Shown: positions 50,684 through 63,953 of the stretch, one piece after another
Layout of the letters: each line of letters starts with the position of its first letter
How positions within the stretch are numbered: position 1 is the stretch's first letter
NCBI GenBank assembly: GCA_904063045.1
Contig: CAJFCJ010000005.1
Coordinates: forward strand, 759,988-823,987
Direction: 5' to 3'
Source of the DNA: Dimorphilus gyrociliatus
Taxonomy: Eukaryota > Animalia > Annelida
Length of the DNA stretch: 64,000 nucleotides
The notes under the pieces: model-generated
What the model was told of the DNA's origin: nothing
Seen by the model: the letters and a program-made list of their open reading frames with translations, nothing else
Database searches by the model: none
Translations under genes and position numbers: made by a program

Positions 50684-53600
50684 TTCCATTCCCACCTCTT
50701 CACCCCTATTTTCCTATTTATTATACTGAAATGTATTTGAAAATTGTTTGTTATTTTTATTGATCAAAAGCGCACCTATCCCCGAATTTTTTAATCTTGT
50801 TACTTTTCTCCTTTACGCCCTCTCTAAGCCCTTTCTAAAATTCTTTAAAGAAAAGAACAACTCCTATTCGACTCGTTTCAGGAGAATTCAATAACAATTT
50901 ATATCCAATAAACTCGCTCTGATTAAAACATTATTTTTTACCACATATCCCTAGATTGAGGGATTATGACGTCACATCCTGATAGAGATAAGCAAAGCTC
51001 TGATAAGAGTTGAAAAATTATATGAAAATATAATGTAATTAGGAGAGGAAAAATGAAAGAAAATTCTCCTTGACCTAGTTAAGATATTTAGGTTATTCCA
51101 CGGTAGGGAAGAAGACCGACAAAAGAAGAAGATGCGGAAGAAAAGGAATTGGAAAATGATTGAAAGAGTAGTAAATACTAAAGAAAAAACTATGGAGAGA
51201 GAGAGAGAGAGAGTGAGATCGATTAAGAAAACTGCAAGAAGGCTGTAAGTTGAATAAGAGTTATGCTTATGCTGTATTTAATATATTTTCCGGAATATAT
51301 TGAAAATAATATGTGTAAATATCAATAAAGATCAAATAAAAGTTGGCGTTAAATGCGCCTCAAGCTTTATTTATTTGCTATTGTTGGCCAGGTGAAAGAA
51401 AGTTTCATTACTTAATTGTTGTGCAGATGTTTTCTCCGATTTATTATAGACAAATTGAATTTTACGCTCTTTTCCTTTTCATATCGTTCCCTTTTATGCT
51501 ACGAGAAAAACGTCTTAATAAAATAAACAGCGATTTTCTAAATGTTTTAATTTTCCTTAAACGTTTAAATATTCTGTTAAATTTTACACTTTTTTCCTTT
51601 TCAAAGTGAAGAATAAAAATTCAATCTGCTCTTTTTGCCATTTCAATTCATTTTCAATTTATTCTTTTTCCTTTTATTTCTTTTTCTCTTTTAATTAATT
51701 CAAATAAGAAAACAGTAAAATCGAAGAGGAAAAGGAAAGAAACGATTAATAATTAATTGAGTATGTTGAATCGACTTCACGGGTGTAGTGGTTTTTATCC
51801 AATGTATGACGCATAATTATAATAGATATGAATAAATTAAAATCGACCGTTATCTCATAGTAGGGGAAAAGAGTATACGAAATAAAGGTAACAATTTTAG
51901 CGACAGTTGCACGCGAAGAGAATGCCCTTATTAAGAATTATCTTGATGAATTTTGCTTCTTCTTTTTTTTGATTTACCGCTCATTCAAAGATGACAATCT
52001 TTATCGAGTTCCAACTCCTTAATTAAATGTTTCCTTTCGTTTAATAACAGAGATGTTTTCTGTTTCTTCCGCCTTCATTTCTTAGATAAACAACCATCAA
52101 TTAGGCGGGGTGGGGACCTATACTTAAGGTAAACTTTTCCGCCTATTTTTTTTTTCCCTTTCCAAAATTGTAAGTTAGATTTAAGGGTGTTAAAAAGTAC
52201 ATCCCCCGTAAGGTAAAAAGTTACTCTAACTCGTTCCATTAAGCATTCAAACTGCCTGATCAAAAAGAATTGAAGAGAAGGGCTTCTAAGAGAAAATTAG
52301 AAAGTGACGAATTTTGTAAAAGATACTTGGCCGGGTCAATGGGAAAAAGAAACGGTCAATACCGTCAGACAGCAAGCCCTAAACAAATTAAGTCAATTTC
52401 AATTAAAGTAAGACACGTGACTTGATCTTGAGTCAGAATTCCCATCTGATCAACGGGGAAAGTAGGTCAACACGTTTGAAACATTTCCACCTGCCGTCTC
52501 TTGGCCATAAAGCGCCGATGACGTCATGTGTGATGTAACGAACGCGTTCGCTATCCCATGAGCATAGGCCGACAAAAAAATTTCTTTCAAAATGTTTGTA
52601 AAGACCTTTTTCTTCACATCGTAAACAAATTCCAGTTCAATTTCCGGCAAAATACAGAACGATTCGTTTGTCAAGCGGCGCACTTCAAAGACTTTTAATG
52701 GCGCGTGAAGGCTTTGAGTTTTGACTTTTTCAACGTCTAACAACGGTTGCTGTTATAGTTATTCTCGTAGGTCAAAGGTCATTTGATTAAAAATGTTCGA
52801 TCCTTTCATATAATTTTATATTAATCAATAATTGGCAAACTTTAACGAAATGGCGTGAACTATGACTAGTCGAGTTGTCATTTAGATAAATTCGGCTTAT
52901 CGAATTAGCTTGATAATTAATTAATGTTATAGATAACAGTGTATATACAAGAAACATTCTAACCTTATACTATACACGAGTGTGGTGATATAACAAAGAA
53001 TATCTGACATTTATTGAATAAACATTGAAAGCTTTTTATGTATAATTTTACGAATAGAAACTTTCTTTCATATAATTATTGCGCAACTGTTAAGATCCGA
53101 CATATTTATTCGTATATATTTATTCAATATTTATTAAAAAGTCATATATCTTTATGAACGTATGGAACAAGTAGTGCACATAACAATCAATAAACTTCAT
53201 AATAAAATAAAAAGTATGAATAACATTTAAGAACTACAGAATAAATCGCCATTTTGAAGCAGATCTTATGAAAAAATAATACAGAACGATTCAATTGTCA
53301 ATTTTCTATAGATTAAAGTTCGTTTACTTTGTTAAATTCATTATCTTTCACTTTTTTTGTTATCAAATTAAGCTCAATAAGAAATCCGTTAAATCTTTGC
53401 AGTTGTTCTTTCAAATATTCAAGCAACAATCCATTAAAAGCGTATAGTATGGCAACTATTTCTCTTTCTCACCTTCCTATTATAAGCTATCCCTTCTAAA
53501 AGGTTTATGAGATAATACATCGACAAGATTTAATCAATGATAAAGCGAAAGAGGAATAAAAAGTAAAACACAAGTAAATGTGTTTGAACAGATTCTTTAT

Positions 53601-54269
53601 TCTTTATTAAAACGGCCTAAATTTTTACCAGTTTTTCTACCTTTTATTGAACAAATACTAAAAGCTCAGTTGTTTCGTTTATTCCTCTCTTTTTTTTCGC
53701 GAAAATGTCATATTTATTATAAGCATTTTAACATGATAACTTTTAGCCTATAAATACAAGCAATGTTGATATGAAATTATTTTGTTTGTCTATCTCTCTC
53801 TCTCTCTCTCTTTCTCGCTATGTTCCTGTCTCTTTATATATATATATATATATATATATCATTCTTCATCTTTATTTTCTCTATCTTTTCTTATTTTCTC
53901 TTCCTACCTTTATCTCTCTCTCTCTCTCTCTCTCTTTCTCTTTCAGATATATACAAATTTAATCTCGTATTATCACTTGAACTACATTTTTCTATTTTAT
54001 GAATTTTTCGTGTACCTGGATAAGGTTCTCTGCGGAGATTTATCCACTGGCATTTTTGAGCGTTTCTCTCCTAATTGAAATTAAATGGCTGAACGAAAAA
54101 ATAATCCTGTTAACTGTAGCCGGAAAAATGACGAATAAACCTAGCACTGAAACTTATATATTCGCCAAAATCGTCCATAAAACAATATACTAATCATTCT
54201 CAAAGAATTTACAATGAAATAGAACATTTCTATTGTGCATTTATAGCGCCTTAATTGGGCCATATTTAG

Positions 54270-54500
54270 GTCATAAAGAAATCGCTCATGTAATATCTAT
54301 TATCTGCATATACATCCACCATTTTGATTATGTCGACTGAGAGACATATATAATTCATCATAAATTTCTAAATTTGCAGCCGAATCAAGTAAGCCTACAA
54401 ATCGACGCTGATTGGTCGATGTGGGCGGAGCCTGGCGGCCGAATCAACATCGAGAAGCAATGCGCTGAGTCTGGCATTCGGTCATGTATTTTGCCGTAAA
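54270..54500 (+). promoter_or_regulatory. Putative Cdx proximal promoter
   Basis: CpG-rich patch just 5' of the ATG, with a reverse CCAAT (ATTGG, 54411), a GC box (GGGCGG, 54423) and a GTCATAAA Cdx-type site (54270). Confidence 0.55.
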
Positions 54501-54861
54501 ATGGTTTCAGTTATAGATATGTATCAAACGCGACCAACATTCTGTTCATCTGCACCTTCTGCGCAATCCTACGCGCCAACTTATACAACAGCGCAATATC
54601 ATGGATCCGACTACTATCCAGCGGAAGCGCAATGGCCTACTCAACCTCCTGAAACCATAAGTCCCGAATGGAATTCTCCGTATTTGCCGTATTCCCAGTA
54701 TAGACAGGATTGCCACCTTCAGACCCCCCTTCCGGTAGATGTTCCTCAGCAGAACTTTATTCCTCACGAAGATGTAAGAATAAAACAAGAAACATCTGGA
54801 CAAAATCAGCAAGCCTATCAATGGATTAAGAAGCAAACTTATCCTCAGGCTCCACAGCAAG
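54501..54861 (+). CDS. Cdx: Caudal/Cdx exon 1 (N-terminus, hexapeptide AYQWIKK)
   Basis: MVSVIDMYQ..., Pro/Gln/Tyr-rich. YQWIKK hexapeptide variant. Donor CAA G|GTCAGT, phase 1. Confidence 0.92.
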
Positions 54862-57800
54862 GTCAGTTCTCTAATTTGCATATTTTAGAGTCTTGGGTTT
54901 TTTTACGACCGCATTCTAGGTGTTGGCAGGCGCACAAAGCGTCTATTGATCTGGCCCCGAAAATATTTGACCTAAGTCATAAAAACGGCGGCCATATCTG
55001 TGGTTTATGAATATTGATGAGAGTTATGGAGATGTTCTTGTCCACGGGTTAAGGGTTAAAAAATGGTTTGTGTTGACAAAACAACTCTCCGAGGGACACT
55101 TATTTTAAAAAGATGACATTGAAAAAGGCGGTAATGGGCGTAAAATAGGCGGTAGTGTACTTGAAACGCGGCTAATTTGCATAATAGCCTTGTTTTCTTT
55201 TTACATCAATGCTCGTTAAAGTTCCGGTGATTTTATGTAGAGTTAGAAAAAAACGAGAACCTTGTAAAATAATGATAGATTTGAATGGCGATCAAACAAG
55301 ATGAAAGCCTCTCTGAGAGAAAGAAACGACTTTATGAGGTTGATTCTACTGCTCCTCTAACAGTAGATCCCTTTCTTGCCTTTTTAACAAAAGTAGAATA
55401 TATGATAAATGGTCCGAATAGCCGCCTTCTGTATGGACCAAAGCTTGGGTGGGAGAGAAAAGGGACGCTTTCACCGATTTTCCTTCTCCTTTAAAGAATT
55501 TCGTCTGATGAATATTAAAATAATTAAACATAAAGCGTGAACATTATATATGTTAAGTTTCAAAGAAAAGATCAAAGCCTAAAAGGAAACCGATCTAATT
55601 AATCGCATCGCGAGTCAAAATATCAAAGCTACTTACTAATTGCCTTCAGTAGGTGCCGTAAACCTTTGGAGATCACGCGTTTATCTCGGTTGGACATGTT
55701 TTAAATACCTCAATTCTTTTTTCCAACTGTTGTTCTACCCTTTTCCGGTTGATTTAATAATAACAATAAAACACATGCAGACGTGCACAAAAACACAAAA
55801 TTAAAGAAAATTGAATTAGGTATTACTGTTCATAGGGCCAATAAAATGAAACAAGGTCAATATACAATTAATTCAGCCCTTCTTCTTAAAATGATTTTTA
55901 ACGGGTAAAATTTTTATTGCTACGCAATATACTAATTAGTTAAACAATCATATAAAACGTATTGAAAATTTATACTTCCATTATTATTTTATGACAATTG
56001 AAAAGATGCACAACATAACTTTTTAATAGTTGAAAAAAAATTATTTTTCCTACATGACCTACTTTTTATTATCGTTGTTGTTGTGTTTTTTTTTCTCTTT
56101 TTTCACTACTTGGTAGTTATTTCGTAGAAAAAAAAATAGGATAGAAGTGGGAATATACAAAAGAAAGAAAGGTTTACAATGTTTTACCAATGTGTTAAAA
56201 ACTTTTACTTTATCAATGGTAGAAAAGTTTGTTGTTGGACAAAGTATCATCTAACACGATCTGTGCATGTTAGGGAGATTTGTCTTGTTCAACAATAGAT
56301 TCCCTACCTAAGTATATTCATTTGACACTAAATTGAACAAAATACTCTTTTGGAAATAGAGAAGGAGAGAGCGAGAGAGACAGAGAGAGAGAGAGAGAAA
56401 GACGAGCTTTCTAAAGTGTGACATATTTAAGAGATAGAAGGAATAGATAGATTTGTTAACTTTTTGGTTTTTAGCTCAAAATGCAAATAGGAGAGGGTTT
56501 TCGCCTTTACACTTAGTTTTCTCCACCAATTCGCCATTTTGACAGTCAATATTGATCTAATTACCTAATCTAGTCAGCTGATGACGTCAGAACTTTGTAC
56601 TAGAAGGACCGACACACCTATTTGTCGGATTAGGACCTGATAAAACCGAGATAAGCCATACTAGAACAATTTTTGAAGCGTGGTCCGCCATTTTAAACTA
56701 TTCAAATAAATTTTAAATTCATGTCTTTGAAGAAAAAAAGTATAGCCGAAAGTTGACCATTGAAATGTAAATTAGGCGGCGAACTAAACATATTCCTATC
56801 CACCTTGTCGGTGTTTTCATTTAAGCGATTTTAAATGGATTTTAATTCGATTGTAGATCGCGTTAATTTTGGGGTTGCTACCCTTCATATTAATCATTTT
56901 AATTAATTAGCCTTGTCTGCCCTTTTACAATCAGATAGGATTTTTCAGGTTATTTTTACTGTTTTGTCCATTTATTTAAGCGTTTGATCTTTTATCTTTC
57001 AAATTGAGTGTAGAGAAGAGAACGTCTCCCCTTCATATGAATTGTATAGTAAAAAGTCGAACCGTTATCTAGATTTTTACATTTTAGTCGTTATTCCTGT
57101 AACTAATTGTAGGGCGGGCGTCCTTTTACTCGTTATAGATAAATAGATCGACAGCCGCCCCATGTTTTCCCTTTTTCTTAGTGGGCGTGACCGGCTAGTG
57201 GACGAGAGTTTTGGGGGTTAGGATAACGAGATTTGAATCGTTTGGGGAGTTGTCTGATTTTCTTCGCTCTCTTCATTTAGATTCGGCGACAAAATAAAAT
57301 ACTGTCAATTCATTGTAGCTAATCCCACTCGAATGGAGTAATAGACGAATTTTGGAAAATTTCCATTTTTCACCATAATAACAACAACAGACAAAGAAAA
57401 AGGAATAATCTCACTTGACATTTGAACATGTAAAAGCTTTTATAACAATTCAAAGACATCTTACCTTATTTGCATAAATAATTTCTAGGACACGAAATGA
57501 AAAAGTAGCAAGATCGAATTTAAAACTATACATATATTGGGTAGAAATCGATTTGAAAGTAAATGAATAATAGAATACGGCAGCATTGTATGTGGGTGTT
57601 TCACGGTTTTAGCTGCCCTACATATTTTATATGAGCTTTTTATTCGATTTTTACGACTTATAATATTATAAGCTACAAATTCTTATATCGTATAGCTGTA
57701 AGGTAAATTACAGTTTTACTTAACGTTTTCTATTACCATTTAATTGACTTGCACAGAATTTATAAATTTTCCTAATTTATAACCATTTTCCAATTTAATG

Positions 57801-58251
57801 ATAGAAATATAGTGAATATATACACAGCGTATATTATATGCTTATTTATATAGGGGTAGATAATTATTATTACTAGCTGTATTAATATTATAGTTTTATA
57901 GGAGGGTAGAAAGAGGGGCATATAAACTAGACAGTCGAGTATCGTAGTAGTCTCTAAATGGATAAATATAGATAATAGATATAGAGTATAAAGGATGAAT
58001 GCAATACAATACTACAACATATATTTTCAATACCAATCAACTATATGTTCCGCGAAAGGCGGATATCGCCAAAACATGTCCGCCAAATGTCTCACCACAA
58101 ACATTCTTTGTTGACCGATCCATTCTCGGCTGATATAGCCTAGTTTTACAACCAACTAGATGTCTTGGAAGAACTGTATAGACTCTATATTTTACTTAAT
58201 TTTATTTATTAAATAATGAAAATAATTCAACTGTTCTCATCCTTTCTGCAG

Positions 58252-58526
58252 GAAAAACAAGAACAAAAGACAAATATCGTGTAGTCTACAGTGATCATCA
58301 GCGCCTCGAATTGGAGAAGGAATTCCATTACAGTCGCTACATTACCATCCGCCGAAAATCGGAATTAGCCCGAGAATTAAATCTCTCCGAACGCCAAGTC
58401 AAAATTTGGTTCCAAAACCGACGCGCTAAGGAGCGCAAGCAGAACAAGAAAAGAGAAGAGGGCTTGAAGAGCGGTCCAAAATTACCTCCCACCGCCTCAC
58501 ACTTACCGCCACCGCCCACTCATTAA
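58252..58526 (+). CDS. Cdx: Caudal/Cdx exon 2 (homeodomain)
   Basis: cctttctgcag|GA AAA ACA: [40 protein letters not shown]...[17 protein letters not shown], diagnostic of Cdx. Total 211 aa. Confidence 0.98.
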
Positions 58527-58833
58527 CAATCACTAGGTGCTGACGATTTTTCGTTTGTTTTTTTACTGCCTACATGAGTATCCGTTTAAAAAATTTAACA
58601 TGTACATACAGTATATATGATCACTTCGCTTTCAATCATTTTTCTTCTATCTCTATCTCTCTCTGTCTCTTTTTTTCTTTTCCCCATAAAATTTTATAAT
58701 ATATACAAAAAATCAAAGAAATCCGTTAAAAAAAATGTACAATAAAGTCATATATACTGTATTTTCATGTGTAGGAAGAAAGTATTATTTGTATATTCAT
58801 ATACATATCTAAATGATATAAGTATGTATAAGA

Positions 58834-58836
<3 letters not shown>

Positions 58837-58892
<56 letters not shown>
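58837..58892. repeat. (TA)n microsatellite 3' of Cdx
   Basis: About 28 perfect TA units. Confidence 0.95.
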
Positions 58893-58894
<2 letters not shown>

Positions 58895-59291
58895 GAATGC
58901 AAATAATAACAGTCATATCTTTTTTGTCGTCCGTGATTTCGGGGTAATTCGGTTTTGTTTTGTTCGTTCAAGGGAATTGTAAATACTACTTTTACTATTA
59001 TTATTACAATTATAATTATTACTATTATATTATTAAAGAAAGAAATGGGCGGTGGGTGATTGTTTTTTTTTTTTTTTATTTGCAGATTTTTTTCTTTATA
59101 TTGTTTTTTTTTCTTTTTTTTTTCTCCAAGCCTAATTTTTTTTGTTACTCTTACGGTAATGTTTATAAATATATGCATGTTTGATGCTATGCCTTATCTT
59201 GCCGCATGTATAGGGAAAAAGTATGGAAATATACGAAAATAACATTACTCTTTTTTGATTATTTCTATCAATATATACATATGTATACCCA

Positions 59292-59326
<35 letters not shown>

Positions 59327-60233
59327 TTTAATTTCTTAAAATGAATAGAAAATAAAAGAGATTGGTATATTCATTAATGAATTTCAAGTATGAACAAAAA
59401 TAAGAGCTTTTAGGGAGTTAGAGGGAAGAAAATGGATTTATTTTATGAAAGGAAATTGTTTGATCGTTATTGAAATAAAGCAATTTAGACCTAATCAAAC
59501 AATTTGCCAATGCTCATCACTTAACAAAAGATCCTTAAGAAATTAAGAGGATCATATATTTTCTCTTAAAAGTCTTTTTCTTTTCATTTCAATTTTACTG
59601 GTCTACACGACTAAAAAAAAAAACATGCGCCAACTTTTATTCATTTTTTATATCCTACATGACGTGCCAAAGAAAGGAAATCATTTTAAATGCAATTTGA
59701 ATAAGTTTATAAAATGTATTGTTACAGTTAAAATATATGCAAAATTAGATTAAACTTTTAGGAAAAATAAATAAAAATTAGCGGGGCCGAATGAAACAAT
59801 CGATTTATCGAGTTGAAAATTTGGCGTAAAAGGCGAAACGCGCATTGCGCCACTTTAATCTGACCGACGGTCATAAAATGACGTCAGAACTTTGATGTTG
59901 CCGGCGCCGGTAAACAGGCAGCCGGCTCTGAACGGCAATAAAAACTTGGCGCTGACTAGAAAACGGGCTGTCTGAGATAATGAGGCAGTACTACTATTAT
60001 TTATAGTGAATTATTTGCTTTTTTCCACAAATGTAATATAGACGATTGGTGCTATTTGGGCGAATGTAGAAATACTTTGATTCAATAAAAAATTATATAA
60101 TTCCCACGGTAATTCCTTTAATACGTCCATTTCGCTTGAAAAGCACTAAGCAACGAGAATAAAATCAACTTTTCTTTCCTTTATTTTCTGTAAAAGAAAA
60201 ACAAAGGTGGCGACTTCTTTATGCTCCTTTTCA

Positions 60234-62137
60234 CCGTTAGATGGCGCTGAGATTTTTTAAACTCCATCTACAGGGTTATAATCCATTCATGATAGCATCT
60301 TAATAAAGTTACCCTCAACCTCCCTCTATCATTAATATCAAATTGTTACCAATAAAAAAAACCAGGCTAAAAAAATCGACGAGAGATTTTTCTACTCGTG
60401 AAATATCTCTGTAAGCGGCTATCAACGATCTCAGCGCCTCCCAGTTTGCAAGGCCATTTTGTCAAAGATGGCAAAGAGAAAATCGTAATCGTTTCTTGTT
60501 TATCAAGCCGTGATTACCGACTACGCCTGGTTACTTTCCTTTTCCCGTGTACACCCCCACCTTTCAGTCACTTGTCTATCGTGAAAGCGAATAATCTTCT
60601 TCGCATCTGATTTTTTCTCCCTAAAAAGCATATTCCATATGTTTGGACCATAATAAAGCCAAGGTCAAGGTAGTCGAGATTCTATTACCTGTTACCTTCT
60701 CACCCGTTCTATCAATAAGTAGATAAGCAAGGAGAAAATATCAATTATAGCCGATATTATTTCCTTATATTGTATATAATATATTCATATAATTCTTATT
60801 CCACTAAAAATAATCCCTTATTAAAACTTTCTTTTGTTTTTTATTATAGAATTGTTTAGAAAATTATATTATCCTCTCCTAAGTGCTAAACAAAAAGGAA
60901 CTGTATATATAATACAAACACAATGACAATATGTATAGTAAAGATGGTTTATTGTTAAACTTTAAAGGAAAGAAATGGAAGAGCGTAACTTTAAACATAT
61001 ATGAAAGAGAGACAAAGTCTTAATAAGAAGAAGAAGAAAGAAGAAAGAATACTGTACAACTGTCAAAAAAGAATCGTTTCCAAATGAAATAGATCAACCG
61101 ATTACGATTATAAATAAGTAGGTTAATAAATGAATAAGAATTTTTGAATTAATAACAGATAAGATAATATTGGACTAGAGAAAAATAACCTATCAACACC
61201 TCTAAAGAGTTTCAAGTATTAAAAGATATAAATATGTATCCTTACTAATTCTATAGACACTATTAGATTACACGAACAATTGTAGAAACTCTTCTTAAAT
61301 CTGTATACTGAATCTCGTCTGTCAAATGACATCAGGAAGTAAGTAGCGTCTCTCATTTCTAAACTTTACCAATTAAGATATATAACAAAATGTCATTAAA
61401 TTGTAAGTTATAAAATGCTAATAATAGGAAAAGAAGAAGTCTATGTTATTTAACCAGAGAAGAGAGAGACAGATAACGACTTTTTCAAGTGCAAGCCTCC
61501 CTCGAATGATTAGAAAAATTCTAGTGAGAATTTAAAATATAAAAGGTAAGAGGCGAGAGTTTTGTAATATAGTATTACTGGTACTGCGGCGCCATCTAAA
61601 ATGTTAATTTCAGATTTTATCCACTGATACTTAAAAATTCGATTCGATCGAGAGAACTAGCCCAATATTTTTGCGAGTATACTTCAGATGGAGTTACTAT
61701 CGTTATAAAAAATTTAGTTCCAAAAAAAATAAATAAATTAATAAACAAACGACAACTTTAGACGGTGTTTAGGTCTCTTTTATTGTTTGGGAATCATATT
61801 TAGATAAAACGTGTAGAGATTTTAGAAAGTGTAAGGAGAAATTGATTAATTTAGTGTGGAAGTTTTTTCAAAATGAAAATTTCTGACGTAATCGGTGGTT
61901 ATTGAAGGAGGAAGGAGAAATAGGATTCAATGTTAGGACTATTAGTAAAGCATTTTGAAGAAATATGAAAATTTCGTCAATTGAAAAGTTGAATAATAGA
62001 AAGAAATTTAATTAAAGTTTCATAATTCTTCATAATTATTTACCGTTTACGAATATTTTCATCTCTATCTTTCCAAGTTTCATGACTTTGCGATTAACGC
62101 CATCTATTAACAGTCATTTTTAAAGCGACATCTAGTG
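60234..62137. promoter_or_regulatory. Cluster of CTCF-like motifs between Cdx and CBP
   Basis: CCGTTAGATGGCGC (60234, +); AGATGGCGC (61589, -); AGATGGCGT (about 62097, -); ACACTAGATGTCGC (about 62125-62138, -). Confidence 0.45.
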
Positions 62138-62539
62138 TGTGTCACTAATATGTTTCAAAGTCGGATTTTTCTAACCTATTACACGATTAAAAATCGAGAA
62201 AGAATAAGAAATATATAGATATATATAGTTTGTACAATTTTTGAAAATTTTATCTGTTGTTAAGTTGAAAATGCTTAGTTGAAAAATAAAACTCATTCTA
62301 CTTGGCTATATCTTTGTTATATAAATATGAAAATAATGTAAAAAATTAGTTTTTACGCTCGAAAAGAAAATAAAATGGTTAAAAATATTATTAAATATTA
62401 TTAACCATTTTAAAAAGTAAAATTTTATGACCAAAAACCAGTTTAAAATAGACTTTTGTATTTCCCGCAAAATTTCTACTACGTACGTATCCCATGATAT
62501 GAAGCCTAATTAAAAGTCGGTTTTTCTCGGCAAAGGTTA

Positions 62540-62830
62540 TTCCGAAAATGCGACCAATCAAAATTGTTGATTTTCAGTCGTCACAGGTCACGTGACGTGA
62601 ACTTCCCTGCTCGGCTATTTCCGTCACTCGTCACACTCTTTCGCAGTCGCCATATTGGCAGAACGGCTCGGAAAAAGGTGATTTTTGGCTGCAAAATTCA
62701 CCATCAACCTGGCAACTTATCTGCAATTTTTTGATGTTCAATTACAAAGTTAACCTCGAAGAATAATATAAGGCTGGGATTACCTGGATTAACCGCAGAT
62801 TAACGAAGCGATTAGCTGTCGAAATTCGAC
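62540..62830 (+). promoter_or_regulatory. Putative CBP promoter
   Basis: CpG-rich island 200-480 bp upstream of the ATG, with a CCAAT box and the GTCACGTGAC E-box palindrome (62587-62596). Confidence 0.55.
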
Positions 62831-63018
62831 TATATTTCGATATCTGAAAATTGCGAAAAATTCAAAGACGTCCTAAAAATGTTCAGAAATCGATAATCGG
62901 TTATCGAATGGTACATGACAAGTTTAAAAAGCGATTTGGGAAATTTGGTTGATAAGGAATTACGTTTTGGACGTTTTTTTTGGCAGGTTTTATTGAGCCT
63001 TATATATTCTATTAGAAA

Positions 63019-63097
63019 ATGGCGGACGGTCACGAGGGTCCGCCAGCTAAGAGACAGAAAATTAACTCTCCTTCTGCGGCTGGTGGTGATGGAACGA
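63019..63097 (+). CDS. CBP: CBP/p300 histone acetyltransferase, exon 1
   Basis: MADGHEGPPAKRQKINSPSAAGGDGT, then A|GTAAGT. Resembles the p300 N-terminus (GPPSAKRPKLSSP...DGT, with NLS) and its phase-1 first intron. Confidence 0.8.
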
Positions 63098-63953
63098 GTA
63101 AGTTTGATTAAAAGCTAAATTATTTTACGAATGCAAACAATAGTTTATGTATTATTTTTCTAATTTTGTAGTAAATCAGTTTGTTTACATCGTAGGCGGG
63201 GAGGCGTGACCTCTTTCGTCGGTTATTTCTTAATATTTTCCTCTTAAATCCATGGAATTTTTAGATTTCTTTCACCAGAACTTAAAGCATATAAACTAGA
63301 AATTAAAAAATACCCTATGACCGATTAGGGATGGGAAATCGGATGTTTTTACCTCGATAACAGTCACTTTGCTACTTAAATTTTCAAACCGGCCTCTCAT
63401 CTGAAACATTTTTTTCTCTTAAAACCTCTAATATGTAACAAAATTCTTAAGAAGGTTTCTATTTCATTGGGCCAAGATATCTTGTTCTTCATCCTGCTAT
63501 ATTTAGTCAACACTATGTAGACTTGGACTTATAAAAAATGGATTGTATTAACCGTTATTCTGGTTTATTTGATTAATCCTCAATCTAAAACAAGTATTTC
63601 TGCCCCTCATAAATTCGCCTTAGTGAACATTTCGATTATGTACATTTATTTTCTGTTTCGGCAATTCGTTACAATGCTTAACATTTACTAAATAGTCTAG
63701 ACACAAGCATTTAAAAATCTTGTCACATCAGATATAAAGTCAACAGTTCTTGCACAATTACTTCTTCTAAGGAAAAAAGTTGTTAATATTTAATAATGTA
63801 ATAGAAAGGAGGATTAAAACAAATCTGTCTTTATGAATGAAAATTTAAGTTATGATAATATTTACTGTAGTAATAGTGAATTAGTATTATAGTATATTAA
63901 AACATAAACGTAAATTATTCAATGAATATTTCATTTATTATAACTTATCACAG

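Noticed and set aside
51775-51810. GGGTGTAGTGGTT, resembling a tRNA D-arm/A box
   Set aside because: No acceptor stem, anticodon arm or B box.
63019-63097. Initial reading as a sirtuin N-terminus (MAD...PAKR)
   Set aside because: The next exon (NLMEILKDVPDEL) fits CBP/p300.
37029-63251. Shared TTTCCTCTTAAATCC at about 37030 and 63237
   Set aside because: An AT-rich 15-mer with no terminal-repeat or target-site structure; likely chance.
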